DNA of 64,000 nt from an uncultured Bacteroidales bacterium. GTDB taxonomy: Bacteria; Bacteroidota; Bacteroidia; Bacteroidales; WCHB1-69. Shown here in pieces: positions 26,636 through 36,586 of this stretch. The translations under genes and the position numbers were made by a program. Position 1 is the first letter of the stretch, and every line of letters begins with the position of its first letter. A model generated the notes under the pieces. The model was not told the origin of the DNA, made no database searches, and was given only the letters and a program-made list of their open reading frames with translations. The stretch is taken from positions 3,252-67,251 of the forward strand of contig CAJOFD010000010.1 in the NCBI GenBank assembly GCA_905233585.1, in the 5' to 3' direction.

Positions 26636-29236
26636 ATGCAAAAGATAAAATGTATTTTATGTTTTTTGTTGATTTATATTTCTGTTAATCAGGTTGTTTA
26701 TGGACAGAAAAAGGAGACACAATACGTTAAAGAATTAACGTATTATTTTGATATAAAAGATATTCCCATACAAAAAGTTTTTCCTGAAAAGGATTTAACG
26801 ATTGAAAAATTATTTTTTAAATACATAATTACCTTTGAATCGCAATTGCAAGTCTCAAACGATACCATTTATTTTAGGTTGATTGCGGAAAAGTCCAAAA
26901 ATGATTGTATGGTTCGTTATCGCAATTTTTTGATTACAGATGCTATTTTTTGCGACAAAATAGGTTGTTCTGTTCGGTTTGATATTGAAAATGAAATTTA
27001 TAAGACTTATATTGTTGATGTAGATTTGCCGAGAAAAAACTTTCTGTTATTGGATACATTTTTTGTTGTTGTTAATGATGTTAAGCAAATACAACCCATT
27101 ATTTTAGACTTAAAATTAGGTTTTGATACACTTGCCTTGCAAAAAATGCGGCAAAAAAAAATGCAGATTGACAGGTTTTATCTTTGTGATAGTTTGTTTC
27201 AAAAATATCATACGGATTTGGATAAAATTGATACGACTTTTATCGATAGATTTCCACTTTATACATTTACATTGAATGATATAGAAAAAAATATACAAAA
27301 AATTGCCCACCAAAATTTTGATAGTTTGCTTTTAGCATCAGGATTATCAGCAGGTGATTATCAACAGCGTTTGAGCAATTTATATCAACATTTGAATTTG
27401 TTGAAAGAATTTATAGCACAGAACAACAGTCATCTAGATGACTTGTTTTTTCAGAAGGCTCAGCAATTTGAGCAAAAAGGTGATGTGGAACAGGCTGTTT
27501 TTTATTATAATAAGGCACTAAGTTACAACCCTTTGCATTGTGCTTCCGTTGAAAAGTTGAGTTTTATTTATTGTCAAAACAACAGACTGTATGACAACTA
27601 TTTATTATGGAAAAATGTTAAGACAAGAGGAGAACATTTGCCTTGTGAAAATCGTTTGATAACGCTTGTATTGGATAGTCTTTTCAATAATATGCGACAA
27701 TTTATGGACAATAAAAATTATTATGATGCCCTGAAAATAATAGATACAGCCGAAATGTTTTGTCAAATTGCCAATCATGCTTATTGTTCAATGCGTTTGC
27801 CTGCTATTAAAGAGCAAGCCCAACAAGGCATTTATATGGCCTATTTTGATGTTATCGGAAAATCTATTCGGGTAAAGAAATTCCGTTTGGCGGAAACCTA
27901 TTGCTATGGATTGTCCGATTTGATGTTATTACATCATAATAAACCAGAACAACAGATTGATTTTGTGGATATTGTGAATAAGATTATTCAAGCACAAAAT
28001 AAAGATGTAGAACAATTGTTACAAATAAAACAATACGAAAGAGCCTTGGTTAATATAGAAAATATAATTACATTTACAGACTCTATCGGTATGGGAAATT
28101 TACCTGATTTTGAGGAGTTTTATAAGATAATTCATACGAATATCTATCGCCAAAAGATAAGTAAGGTCCAAAAGGAGAGAAATGCAAAAAATTATTCATT
28201 AGCAAGTACATACGCAAGTCTTGCCCAAGAATACAAAAATCAATATCAAAAATATATTATTGAAGATACTTTAGTTGAAATAGATGGAAATGAGATGATT
28301 GTAGATAATTCGGATAAATATGATGAATTGTGTGCGAATATCAAAAAATATGGGATACAAAGAGGTGATTATGTTTTGATGGATAGTTTTTTGCTTTTGT
28401 TTCAATATGATGCAGAAAAGTCTGTGAAAGAAACAGCATTGATAGACAAAAAACTTGTTCCATCGCTCAAATATGCATTTTCAAAATGTAATCAATGGGT
28501 TTGGTGTGCTGATTTTGATGGTGCCAAGCAGTTGTTCTCCAAAGTTGACAAGACAATGCAAGCGTATCGTTTGGAGACAACTGCCGAAATGTCAGTTTTA
28601 AAAGAAGATTTTTTGTCGCTTTTGGAAACACGTAGGAGATTATATTTAGAGGAAGAATTTTTGCGTAGCGAGACGCTAACACAAAAACTAATTCGTGAAC
28701 AAAAATACAATGAAGTGCGTCGTTTGTTGCTCAAAAAACAAAAGGAATTGCAGGAAAAGGATTTATATAGCCAACATATTTACACCCAAATTCAAAAAAT
28801 TAAAATGCCTGCACAATTTCAAGAAAATCAACTAAATGTGCAAATATTGCTGAATCTGAAACAATATCAGGAGGCTTTTGAAAAATATGAACAAAACAGA
28901 CTATTTTATTTGCAAGAACATTTAGACAAATTTCAATTGACTTGCGACAGTTTGATAACTTTTGTTTTGCAAACTCCACAAGAAGAACGACTTATGGCTG
29001 CCTGTGCATATTTTTTGCAAAAAAAAGATTATCATAATGCTTTTCAAGTGTATTTCTATATGCAACGGAATAATTATTTAGTTAAAGAAAAACAGATAGA
29101 TACAATTGCTCAATTGTTCCATTCTTATTTAAACGATGAATCAATTTTGACTAATTATACTTTTGAGACGATTGATAAATTATTTTTGTCAAAAATTTGT
29201 TCCAAGAAAACCGTAAAAACCCTCTTAAACAAATAG
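26636..29236 (+). CDS. Large secreted helical protein of unknown function (one clear TPR-like unit)
   Basis: 866 aa. Signal peptide MQKIKCILCFLLIYISVNQVVYGQ. Q/K/Y/L-rich. TPR-like segment FFQKAQQFEQKGDVEQAVFYYNKALSYNP. Confidence 0.55.
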   Translation: MQKIKCILCFLLIYISVNQVVYGQKKETQYVKELTYYFDIKDIPIQKVFPEKDLTIEKLFFKYIITFESQLQVSNDTIYFRLIAEKSKNDCMVRYRNFLITDAIFCDKIGCSVRFDIENEIYKTYIVDVDLPRKNFLLLDTFFVVVNDVKQIQPIILDLKLGFDTLALQKMRQKKMQIDRFYLCDSLFQKYHTDLDKIDTTFIDRFPLYTFTLNDIEKNIQKIAHQNFDSLLLASGLSAGDYQQRLSNLYQHLNLLKEFIAQNNSHLDDLFFQKAQQFEQKGDVEQAVFYYNKALSYNPLHCASVEKLSFIYCQNNRLYDNYLLWKNVKTRGEHLPCENRLITLVLDSLFNNMRQFMDNKNYYDALKIIDTAEMFCQIANHAYCSMRLPAIKEQAQQGIYMAYFDVIGKSIRVKKFRLAETYCYGLSDLMLLHHNKPEQQIDFVDIVNKIIQAQNKDVEQLLQIKQYERALVNIENIITFTDSIGMGNLPDFEEFYKIIHTNIYRQKISKVQKERNAKNYSLASTYASLAQEYKNQYQKYIIEDTLVEIDGNEMIVDNSDKYDELCANIKKYGIQRGDYVLMDSFLLLFQYDAEKSVKETALIDKKLVPSLKYAFSKCNQWVWCADFDGAKQLFSKVDKTMQAYRLETTAEMSVLKEDFLSLLETRRRLYLEEEFLRSETLTQKLIREQKYNEVRRLLLKKQKELQEKDLYSQHIYTQIQKIKMPAQFQENQLNVQILLNLKQYQEAFEKYEQNRLFYLQEHLDKFQLTCDSLITFVLQTPQEERLMAACAYFLQKKDYHNAFQVYFYMQRNNYLVKEKQIDTIAQLFHSYLNDESILTNYTFETIDKLFLSKICSKKTVKTLLNK

Positions 29237-29239
29237 GTT

Positions 29240-30295
29240 ATGAATAATTTTTCATCATTATTGATAGCTTGGTATAAAGAACATAAACGAGATTTGCCGT
29301 GGCGGGGGGAGAAAGACCCTTATAAAATATGGATTTCTGAAATTATATTGCAACAAACACGCATAGAACAAGGTAGGGCTTATTATACGCGTTTTGTAGA
29401 ACAAATTCCGGATATACAGGCGCTTGCTAATGCTTCTGAAGATGAAATCCTAAAACTTTGGCAAGGCTTGGGGTATTATTCCCGAGCCAGAAATCTGCAG
29501 GCAGGAGCAAAGTTTGTGATGGAAAAATTTAATGGTTTTTTCCCTAATACATACGAAGATATTCGGCAAATAAAAGGTATTGGTGATTATACGGCTGCTG
29601 CCATCGCATCTATGGCTTTCCGTTTGCCCTACGCTGCCGTTGATGGTAACGCTTATCGGGTTTTGTCTCGCGTATTTGGCATAACAACACCAATCAATAG
29701 CACTGCAGGCAAAAAAGAATTTCAATTGTTGGCACAAGAAGTTTTGGACAAACATAAGCCGGATATATTCAACCAAGCCATGATGGATTTTGGGGCTACG
29801 CACTGCAAGACCAAGAATCCACAATGTGAAACTTGCCCTTTTGAACATTTTTGTTATGCCAAAGAACACATGCAACAGAACGATTTGCCTAAAAAATTGC
29901 AGAAAATTACCATAAAGAATAGATATTTACATTATTTCTTTGTAAAAAACGGTGAAAATACCTATATTCAAAAACGCTCCCAAAATGATATTTGGGCAGG
30001 TTTGTATGAGTTTCCATTATTAGAGACGACGGAACCTGTCGATTTTGACATTTTGCAAGAAAATGCTGTGTTTCAAAAGTTTTTTAAGGGTTGTAGTTTT
30101 GTTTTGGAACACAATCCTTTTGAATGTAAACATCAATTGACCCACCAAACTATTTTTGCCAAATTCTATACCTTACAAATTGCAGCGGAAGCCCCCAAAT
30201 TTTCACAGCAGACCATAATGATTCCAATAGCAGATTTTGACCAATATCCGGTAAGCAGACTAATGAATATGTTTTTTGAAAAGATGATGAAGTAA
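29240..30295 (+). CDS. mutY: A/G-specific adenine DNA glycosylase MutY
   Basis: WYKEHKRDLPWR. HhH-GPD motif IKGIGDYTAAAIASMAF. Fe-S loop CKTKNPQCETCPFEHFC. C-terminal NUDIX-like domain. Confidence 0.9.
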   Translation: MNNFSSLLIAWYKEHKRDLPWRGEKDPYKIWISEIILQQTRIEQGRAYYTRFVEQIPDIQALANASEDEILKLWQGLGYYSRARNLQAGAKFVMEKFNGFFPNTYEDIRQIKGIGDYTAAAIASMAFRLPYAAVDGNAYRVLSRVFGITTPINSTAGKKEFQLLAQEVLDKHKPDIFNQAMMDFGATHCKTKNPQCETCPFEHFCYAKEHMQQNDLPKKLQKITIKNRYLHYFFVKNGENTYIQKRSQNDIWAGLYEFPLLETTEPVDFDILQENAVFQKFFKGCSFVLEHNPFECKHQLTHQTIFAKFYTLQIAAEAPKFSQQTIMIPIADFDQYPVSRLMNMFFEKMMK

Positions 30296-30518
30296 AAATC
30301 GGTATAATTGGTTAAAATGTAGAATATTTTTGTGTTTATGGTGTTCAATTAGTCAACCCCCAATTTCAATAAGAGCGAGAACTAGAAAGAAATTCTTTCG
30401 AGGTGGCTTTTCCTAAACGTACATTGTCCTTATAGAGTATTTGTTTATACTCTTGGGTCATTAGGTTATTTTGTGTTATATCTTTTTTCGTGCATGAGGT
30501 ATGTATATTGTTAGGAAA

Positions 30519-32573
30519 CTATATTTCTTGTAGCCCTAATGATTTAAAATACTGATATGTGCTATTGTAGAACTCCGGTAAACGTGTCGGGTCTTCTAAA
30601 TTTCCTTCAGGCACGCATAAAATCATACCTTGTCTTGCACGAGTAAGCAAGACATGATAGGCATTTATCAAATAAGCCTGACGTGTATCTTTCTTGATCT
30701 TATTCCATTTGCTTCCGCCATTGAACTCAAAGAAATCCCATCCGTTTTGAGTGGAACGCAAGTCGCCATCCCAAACCACACACGTCCAATCAAGTTCCAG
30801 CCCTTGTACATCAAACTCTGTGGCCACATCTTCTAAGAACAAAGAGGAACGCACATCATTTATATCATCTAAGAACCAATGGACTGTATCAGGCTTGCAA
30901 CGCACATCTATAGCCAACGGTTTCAAGCGATAGGCTTTTGACGAAACTAACATACCATAACGTTCATTACCACGAGCCTTTTGACGTAACCATTGTTTTG
31001 CTTTTCCAAGATTTCTAGTAAGGGCAATCGGATAACGATCTGCAATGTTTTCATAAACTTTTTTAGCTTTATCCAAATGACCATCCAATAGATAATGAAC
31101 CATGTTGGACAAACTTTCAGCACGAAAACTGCGCATAGAAACGGCGAGGTGTAAATCTTCAGAATAATTGACATGCGGATTTTCCTTCAATAACTCTGTC
31201 ACCCTACCTTCTGCATATTCTTTAGCGGTAAGCTGATTAGAAATATAAACCCGCCAATCTGGAAAAGTTTCATTAAGTGCTCGTATCCATTCACCTATAC
31301 CGGCTTCACCTGTATTAATTTCTTGCCCACCACCAACAAGACAGATGATTACAGCCCGGTCTTGGCGTTGATCAAGTGACCATATAAGGAATTCTCCTTC
31401 TGACATTGGAAAATTTGTGAAACCTTTCTTTCGATTGAGCCATGCGGAAATATGCTCCTTATCCCATGAACGTTGAGCTTCATCGAATATGGCAATATTT
31501 TCTACTTCCCCATAACCTGCATTTTGGTCTTTTAATTCTTTCGTAGTATCTATCTCTAAATGTTCATTGACAACTTTAACTTTACCAAGCATATTATCGC
31601 GATAGCGATGAATGATTTGAATAAAGCGTTTTACTTCTCTCTCTGCTTCTTTTTTTGTTATCTTGTTGCCATTTGCCTTTTCTTGTGCTTGTTTGTCACG
31701 TGTCAAAGCCTCCGTTAATACAGCAACTAAAGGACCATTACCTGACAAATATACAGCCAAATCTTCTTTTGACTCCTGTTGGACGGCAATATTTAGGCCT
31801 ACTAATGTTTTGCCAGCTCCTGGTACACCAGTTACAAAACAGATACTTTTTCCACCACGTGTTTTTGTTTCACGTATAACTTGCTGCACATAGCGTGTTG
31901 TTCGTTCCAGTTGTTCCCCTTCTGCTTCATGACGAGTAATGTCTTCCACGCTGTGATTCAAATAAAGTGAGCGAGCGGCTTCGATAATGGTTGGCGTTGG
32001 GGAATACCGGCTGCGTGTCCAATCTTCTAAAGTAACAGCATACGCTTTAGGTTTGATTCTATCAGACAAGACCAAACCAAGTACATCTTTAAGGTGAGGA
32101 GCATCTGTCAATAATGGCTCATAAACGCCGTCATCATAATGCGATAGTTGGCAAACCGTGGAATACCGACTACTCTTGGTTGCGACTAAGATAGGAACAA
32201 TTAAACGGTCTAGGCTACCTTGGTGAAAGTTTTTCAAGTCAAGAGCATAATCCAACACTTGGTCCACATCTTGATGCAGGAACTCTGTTTCACCAACCTT
32301 AAACTCTATAACAAAGACCCTTTCGCGTAACAAAACAATAACATCTATTCTCTTTCCTAAACGAGGAATTGAGTATTCAAAAATGATTTCGGCTTTTTCT
32401 AATTGCCACGGTTGCAACGTTTTTTGCATGATTGCGATTTCGTCTTCCCAAGCATACTTCTGAGTAGCAGATGTATCCATTTCATCTGCATGCAACATTT
32501 TGCCGAAGATAGCATTTGTATCTTCCGCTACAAAGGTTCCAATATCCGATTGATAAAAATATCGATTGATCAT
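30519..32573 (-). CDS. DUF2075-type protein: N-terminal PD-(D/E)xK nuclease-like domain plus SF1-like P-loop NTPase
   Basis: 684 aa. Nuclease-like GKRIDVIVL...VIEFKVGE. Walker A VTGVPGAGKT and Walker B IFDEAQR. C-terminal LLTRARQGMILCV. It starts 18 nt after the tRNA-Ala 3' end on the same strand. Confidence 0.75.
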   Translation of the reverse strand: MINRYFYQSDIGTFVAEDTNAIFGKMLHADEMDTSATQKYAWEDEIAIMQKTLQPWQLEKAEIIFEYSIPRLGKRIDVIVLLRERVFVIEFKVGETEFLHQDVDQVLDYALDLKNFHQGSLDRLIVPILVATKSSRYSTVCQLSHYDDGVYEPLLTDAPHLKDVLGLVLSDRIKPKAYAVTLEDWTRSRYSPTPTIIEAARSLYLNHSVEDITRHEAEGEQLERTTRYVQQVIRETKTRGGKSICFVTGVPGAGKTLVGLNIAVQQESKEDLAVYLSGNGPLVAVLTEALTRDKQAQEKANGNKITKKEAEREVKRFIQIIHRYRDNMLGKVKVVNEHLEIDTTKELKDQNAGYGEVENIAIFDEAQRSWDKEHISAWLNRKKGFTNFPMSEGEFLIWSLDQRQDRAVIICLVGGGQEINTGEAGIGEWIRALNETFPDWRVYISNQLTAKEYAEGRVTELLKENPHVNYSEDLHLAVSMRSFRAESLSNMVHYLLDGHLDKAKKVYENIADRYPIALTRNLGKAKQWLRQKARGNERYGMLVSSKAYRLKPLAIDVRCKPDTVHWFLDDINDVRSSLFLEDVATEFDVQGLELDWTCVVWDGDLRSTQNGWDFFEFNGGSKWNKIKKDTRQAYLINAYHVLLTRARQGMILCVPEGNLEDPTRLPEFYNSTYQYFKSLGLQEI

Positions 32574-32591
32574 AGTTGTCGCCTCATTTTG

Positions 32592-32664
32592 TGGAGGATA
32601 CCGGACTCGAACCGGTTACCTTTAGATTGCGAACCTAACGCTCTACCAGATGAGTTAAACCCCC
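32592..32664 (-). tRNA. tRNA-Ala (anticodon CGC), divergent
   Basis: Manual cloverleaf. GGGGGTT/ATCCTCC acceptor with the G3:U70 Ala identity pair, anticodon loop TTCGCAA, T arm ACCGG-TTCGAGT-CCGGT. It has a U6:U67 mismatch and an A10:C25 mismatch. Confidence 0.7.
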
Positions 32665-32680
32665 GATTGTTTTTCGGCTG

Positions 32681-32688
32681 CAAAAATA
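32681..32688 (-). promoter_or_regulatory. -7 box TATTTTTG upstream of tRNA-Ala
   Basis: Reverse complement of caaaaata, 17 nt upstream of the tRNA 5' end. Confidence 0.45.
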
Positions 32689-32773
32689 CAATATTTTTTT
32701 TTGATAGAGTTCATATTTCTGTAGCATTGGTGAAGTGAAATATTTTTTATCCGTATTATATTTTATTTTTTTC

Positions 32774-32781
32774 TATCTTTG
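32774..32781 (+). promoter_or_regulatory. -7 box TATCTTTG upstream of purL
   Basis: Exact match 33 nt before the ATG at 32814. Confidence 0.5.
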
Positions 32782-32813
32782 CAAAATATAGAATTTCATT
32801 TATTAGGAATAGT

Positions 32814-35800
32814 ATGATTGTATTTTTTCAAAAGGAATCGCTTGTTTTTGTAGTAGAAACCACCCATCAGTTTGATGATGCGGAACAATTGAAATTATCT
32901 TGGTTGTTTTCAAATGCTGTTATTTTGCCTAATCCGCAAATAGAAGGGGTCTTTATCGGACCTCGTAAGGAAATGATCAGTCCGTGGAGTACCAATGCCG
33001 TGGAAATCACCCAAAATATGGGGATGACAGGTATTGACAGAATAGAACAATTTGAAAGAATTTTGTCTTCAAAACCTGGTGAAACGGCGGAAGAATGTGC
33101 CAAAAAACAATATGACCCGATGTTACAATCGGTGTATGTGAATCCGGCACAAGATGTCTTTGCTCAAACAAAGTCCCCTGAACCTATTCGCTATATAGAT
33201 GATTTGAAGGCTTATACGCAAGAAGAAGGTTTGGCTTTGAGTGAAGAAGAAATTAGTTATTTGGAGTCATTGTCTCCAAAAATCGGAAGAAAATTGACAG
33301 ATTCAGAAATATTTGGTTTTTCTCAAGTCAATTCGGAACATTGTCGTCATAAAATTTTCAATGGAACTTTTATCATTGATGACCAACAAATGCCTAATTC
33401 ATTGTTTTCGATGATAAAAAAGACCTCTAAAGAAAATCCTAACCATTTGGTTTCAGCATACAAAGATAATGTTGCTTTTGTTGAAGGTCCGTCTGCAACC
33501 CAATTTAGTCCGAAATCGGCAGACAAGGCAGATTGGTTCCAAGAAAAAGAAATAGACACCGTTATTTCTTTAAAGGCCGAAACCCACAATTTCCCGACTA
33601 CAGTGGAGCCGTTCAACGGAGCCGCAACGGGTTCCGGTGGAGAAATCAGGGACCGTATGGCAGGTGGTACAGGTTCTATTCCAATGGCAGGAACTGCCGT
33701 TTACATGACTTCCTATCCGAGAAACAGTAAAGATAAAAAATATGAACATCAAATAGCCGCCCGTCCATGGTTGTATCAAACACCGGAAGATATTCTTATC
33801 AAAGCATCGAATGGTGCCAGCGATTTCGGTAACAAATTCGGGCAACCGCTTATTTGCGGCTCTTTATTGACATTTGAACATGAAGAAAACAACAAAACTT
33901 ATGGTTTTGACAAAGTGATAATGTTGGCCGGCGGTATCGGTTATGCCAATAAAAACCATTCGAAAAAACAATCGGCGGAATCTGGTGAAAAGGTTGTTGT
34001 GTTGGGTGGTGATAATTATCGTATCGGTATGGGCGGAGGTGCAGTTTCGTCTGTGGCGACCGGTCAATTTTCCAAAACAATAGAATTGAATGCGGTACAA
34101 CGTTCCAACCCTGAAATGCAAAAACGTGTTTTCAATGTAGTCAGGGCAATGACTGAAAACGATACGAATCCAATTGTCAGCATACATGATCATGGTGCCG
34201 GTGGACACCTCAATTGTTTGTCTGAATTGTTGGAAGAAACGGGCGGAAAAATAGACGTGGATAAGCTTCCTGTTGGAGATAAAACATTGTCTGCCAAAGA
34301 AATAATCGGTAATGAATCCCAAGAAAGAATGGGGGTATTGCTAAAAGAAAAAGATGTGGCACAAATGCAACGTATTGCTGACAGAGAACGTGCTCCTATG
34401 TATGTTGTAGGAGAATCCACCGATAACAAACGTTTCCTTTTTGAACAAAAACAATTAGGCTTGAATCCAATAGATTTAACTATTGAAGATATGTTTGGCA
34501 ATCCCCCAAAGACTGTTATTCATGATCAAACTGTTAAAACCAAGTATCAAGCCGTTGATACCACAATAACCAATCTTTATGAAACTATCGAAGCATTGTT
34601 TTCGTTGGAGGCTGTCGGTTGTAAAGATTGGCTGACCAACAAGGTAGACCGTTCAGTTACTGGAAAAATTGCCCGCCAGCAGTGTTGTGGTGCTTTGCAG
34701 TTGCCTTTGAGTGATGTGGGGGCAGTGTCCATTGATTTTCAAGGTAAAAACGGTATCGCTACCGCTTTGGGACACGCTCCTTCTATTGGCTTGATAGACC
34801 CTGCTTGTGGTTCTATAATGTCTATTGCAGAAGCCTTGACAAACATTGTTTGGGCTCCATTGAAAGGTGGTTTGAATGCTGTTTCATTGAGTGCTAATTG
34901 GATGTGGCCATGTAAAAATCAAGGAGAAGATGCCCGTTTGTATAAAGCCGTAAATGCAGCCTCTGATTTTGCTTGTCAATTGGGTATCAATATTCCTACG
35001 GGGAAAGATTCTTTGTCAATGACACAAAAATATCCCGACAATAAAACCGTTTATTCTCCAGGTACATTGATTGTGTCGGCTGTGGGATCCGTTACTGATG
35101 TGAAAAAAATTGTAACTCCTGCATTGCAATTGATAGAGAATACCAAACTGATTTATATAGATTTTTCATCCGATAAGTTAAAATTGGGCGGCAGCAGTTA
35201 TGCTCAAATCAAAAACCAATTGGGTGATGAAGTGCCGACAATTGCAGATGTAGCCTATTTCAAAAAAGCATTCAATGTTATACAAATGTTGTTGGAAAAA
35301 GAACTTGTTTTGGCCGGTCATGATATTTCTGCTGGCGGTTTGATAACGACATTGTTTGAAATGGCATTTACTGACAATCGTTTAACGCTTGATGTTGATT
35401 TAAGCAATATGACTGAGTCCAACTTGGCAAAATTGCTTTTTGCTGAAAATGCCGGTGTGGTCATCCAAGTGAAAGATAATGGGGAGGTGGAACGCATTTT
35501 AGCTGATAATAGCGTGAAATACAATGCTATTGCTACTGTAAAAATGGATACACACCATCAAAAATTACACTTGAAAAAAGGAGAGCAGACATTTGATTTC
35601 GATATAGACAATTATCGTGATATTTGGTTTGCACCTTCTTATTTGTTGGATCGTCGTCAGTCAGGAGAGGAAAAGGCTATGGAAAGATTTGACAATTACA
35701 AGAATCAGGAACTTTCTTTCCGTTTTCCTGCAACTTTTTCAGGCAAAAAACAACAATATGGCATTGATAAACATCAGAAATCCAATATAAAGGCTGCCAT

Positions 35801-36542
35801 TATCAGAGAAAAAGGCACCAATGGTGATAGAGAAATGGCTTATAGTCTTTATTTGGCAGGTTTTGAAGTCAAAGATATTCATGTAACTGATTTGATGTCA
35901 GGAAAAGAAACTTTGGAAGATGTGAATATGATTGCATTTCCGGGCGGATTTTCCCATTCAGATGTTTTAGGATCTGCCAAAGGTTTTGCCAGTGCTTTTG
36001 TATATAACGAAAATGCTCGCAAGGCTTTGAGAAAATTTTTTGACAGGCAAGATACTTTGAGTTTAGGTGTTTGCAATGGCTGTCAATTGATGATAGAATT
36101 GGGATTGATTTGTCCTCAACATCATATCATGCCCAAAATGTTACACAATGATTCCCATAAATTTGAATCCAATTTTGTCAATGTGAATATTGTGGAAAAT
36201 CACTCTGTGATGTTGTCTTCGTTGAAAGGCAGTCGTTTGGGTATTTGGATAGCACATGGTGAAGGAAAATTTGATTTGCCGTATGCAGAAGAAAAATACC
36301 ATATTCCAATGAAATACAGTTATTCAGGCTATCCTGCCAATCCCAATGGTTCACAATATAATGCTGCTGCTTTGTGCAGTGAAGACGGTAGGCATTTGGC
36401 TATGATGCCACACTTGGAAAGAGCTATTTTTGCATGGCAATGGGGACATTATCCTGCTGACAGAAAACACGATGAAGTTTCTCCTTGGATAGAAGCCTTT
36501 GTCAATGCAAGAATGTGGATAGAAAAACAATTGCAAAAGTAA
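32814..36542 (+). CDS. purL: Phosphoribosylformylglycinamidine synthase (single-chain large PurL)
   Basis: 1242 aa. SEHCRHKIFNG. Duplicated AIR-synthase-like domains. C-terminal amidotransferase with GVCNGCQ and HGEG. Confidence 0.95.
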   Translation: MIVFFQKESLVFVVETTHQFDDAEQLKLSWLFSNAVILPNPQIEGVFIGPRKEMISPWSTNAVEITQNMGMTGIDRIEQFERILSSKPGETAEECAKKQYDPMLQSVYVNPAQDVFAQTKSPEPIRYIDDLKAYTQEEGLALSEEEISYLESLSPKIGRKLTDSEIFGFSQVNSEHCRHKIFNGTFIIDDQQMPNSLFSMIKKTSKENPNHLVSAYKDNVAFVEGPSATQFSPKSADKADWFQEKEIDTVISLKAETHNFPTTVEPFNGAATGSGGEIRDRMAGGTGSIPMAGTAVYMTSYPRNSKDKKYEHQIAARPWLYQTPEDILIKASNGASDFGNKFGQPLICGSLLTFEHEENNKTYGFDKVIMLAGGIGYANKNHSKKQSAESGEKVVVLGGDNYRIGMGGGAVSSVATGQFSKTIELNAVQRSNPEMQKRVFNVVRAMTENDTNPIVSIHDHGAGGHLNCLSELLEETGGKIDVDKLPVGDKTLSAKEIIGNESQERMGVLLKEKDVAQMQRIADRERAPMYVVGESTDNKRFLFEQKQLGLNPIDLTIEDMFGNPPKTVIHDQTVKTKYQAVDTTITNLYETIEALFSLEAVGCKDWLTNKVDRSVTGKIARQQCCGALQLPLSDVGAVSIDFQGKNGIATALGHAPSIGLIDPACGSIMSIAEALTNIVWAPLKGGLNAVSLSANWMWPCKNQGEDARLYKAVNAASDFACQLGINIPTGKDSLSMTQKYPDNKTVYSPGTLIVSAVGSVTDVKKIVTPALQLIENTKLIYIDFSSDKLKLGGSSYAQIKNQLGDEVPTIADVAYFKKAFNVIQMLLEKELVLAGHDISAGGLITTLFEMAFTDNRLTLDVDLSNMTESNLAKLLFAENAGVVIQVKDNGEVERILADNSVKYNAIATVKMDTHHQKLHLKKGEQTFDFDIDNYRDIWFAPSYLLDRRQSGEEKAMERFDNYKNQELSFRFPATFSGKKQQYGIDKHQKSNIKAAIIREKGTNGDREMAYSLYLAGFEVKDIHVTDLMSGKETLEDVNMIAFPGGFSHSDVLGSAKGFASAFVYNENARKALRKFFDRQDTLSLGVCNGCQLMIELGLICPQHHIMPKMLHNDSHKFESNFVNVNIVENHSVMLSSLKGSRLGIWIAHGEGKFDLPYAEEKYHIPMKYSYSGYPANPNGSQYNAAALCSEDGRHLAMMPHLERAIFAWQWGHYPADRKHDEVSPWIEAFVNARMWIEKQLQK

Positions 36543-36586
36543 GGGATTGGTTGATTGAATTTTAAATATAGGTAAAATGATGTCTT

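Noticed and set aside
30351-30365. The sequence agtcaacccccaatt resembles the tRNA-Ala 5' end region (agttaaacccccgatt at 32653-32668). I considered it a possible att-like direct repeat bounding the DUF2075 insertion.
   Set aside because: It is only about a 10/11 core match. It also corresponds to the tRNA 5' end, not the 3' end expected for tRNA-targeted integration. Chance similarity cannot be excluded.
32403-32738. A 111-aa plus-strand ORF.
   Set aside because: It runs antisense through the DUF2075 gene start and straight across the tRNA-Ala gene.
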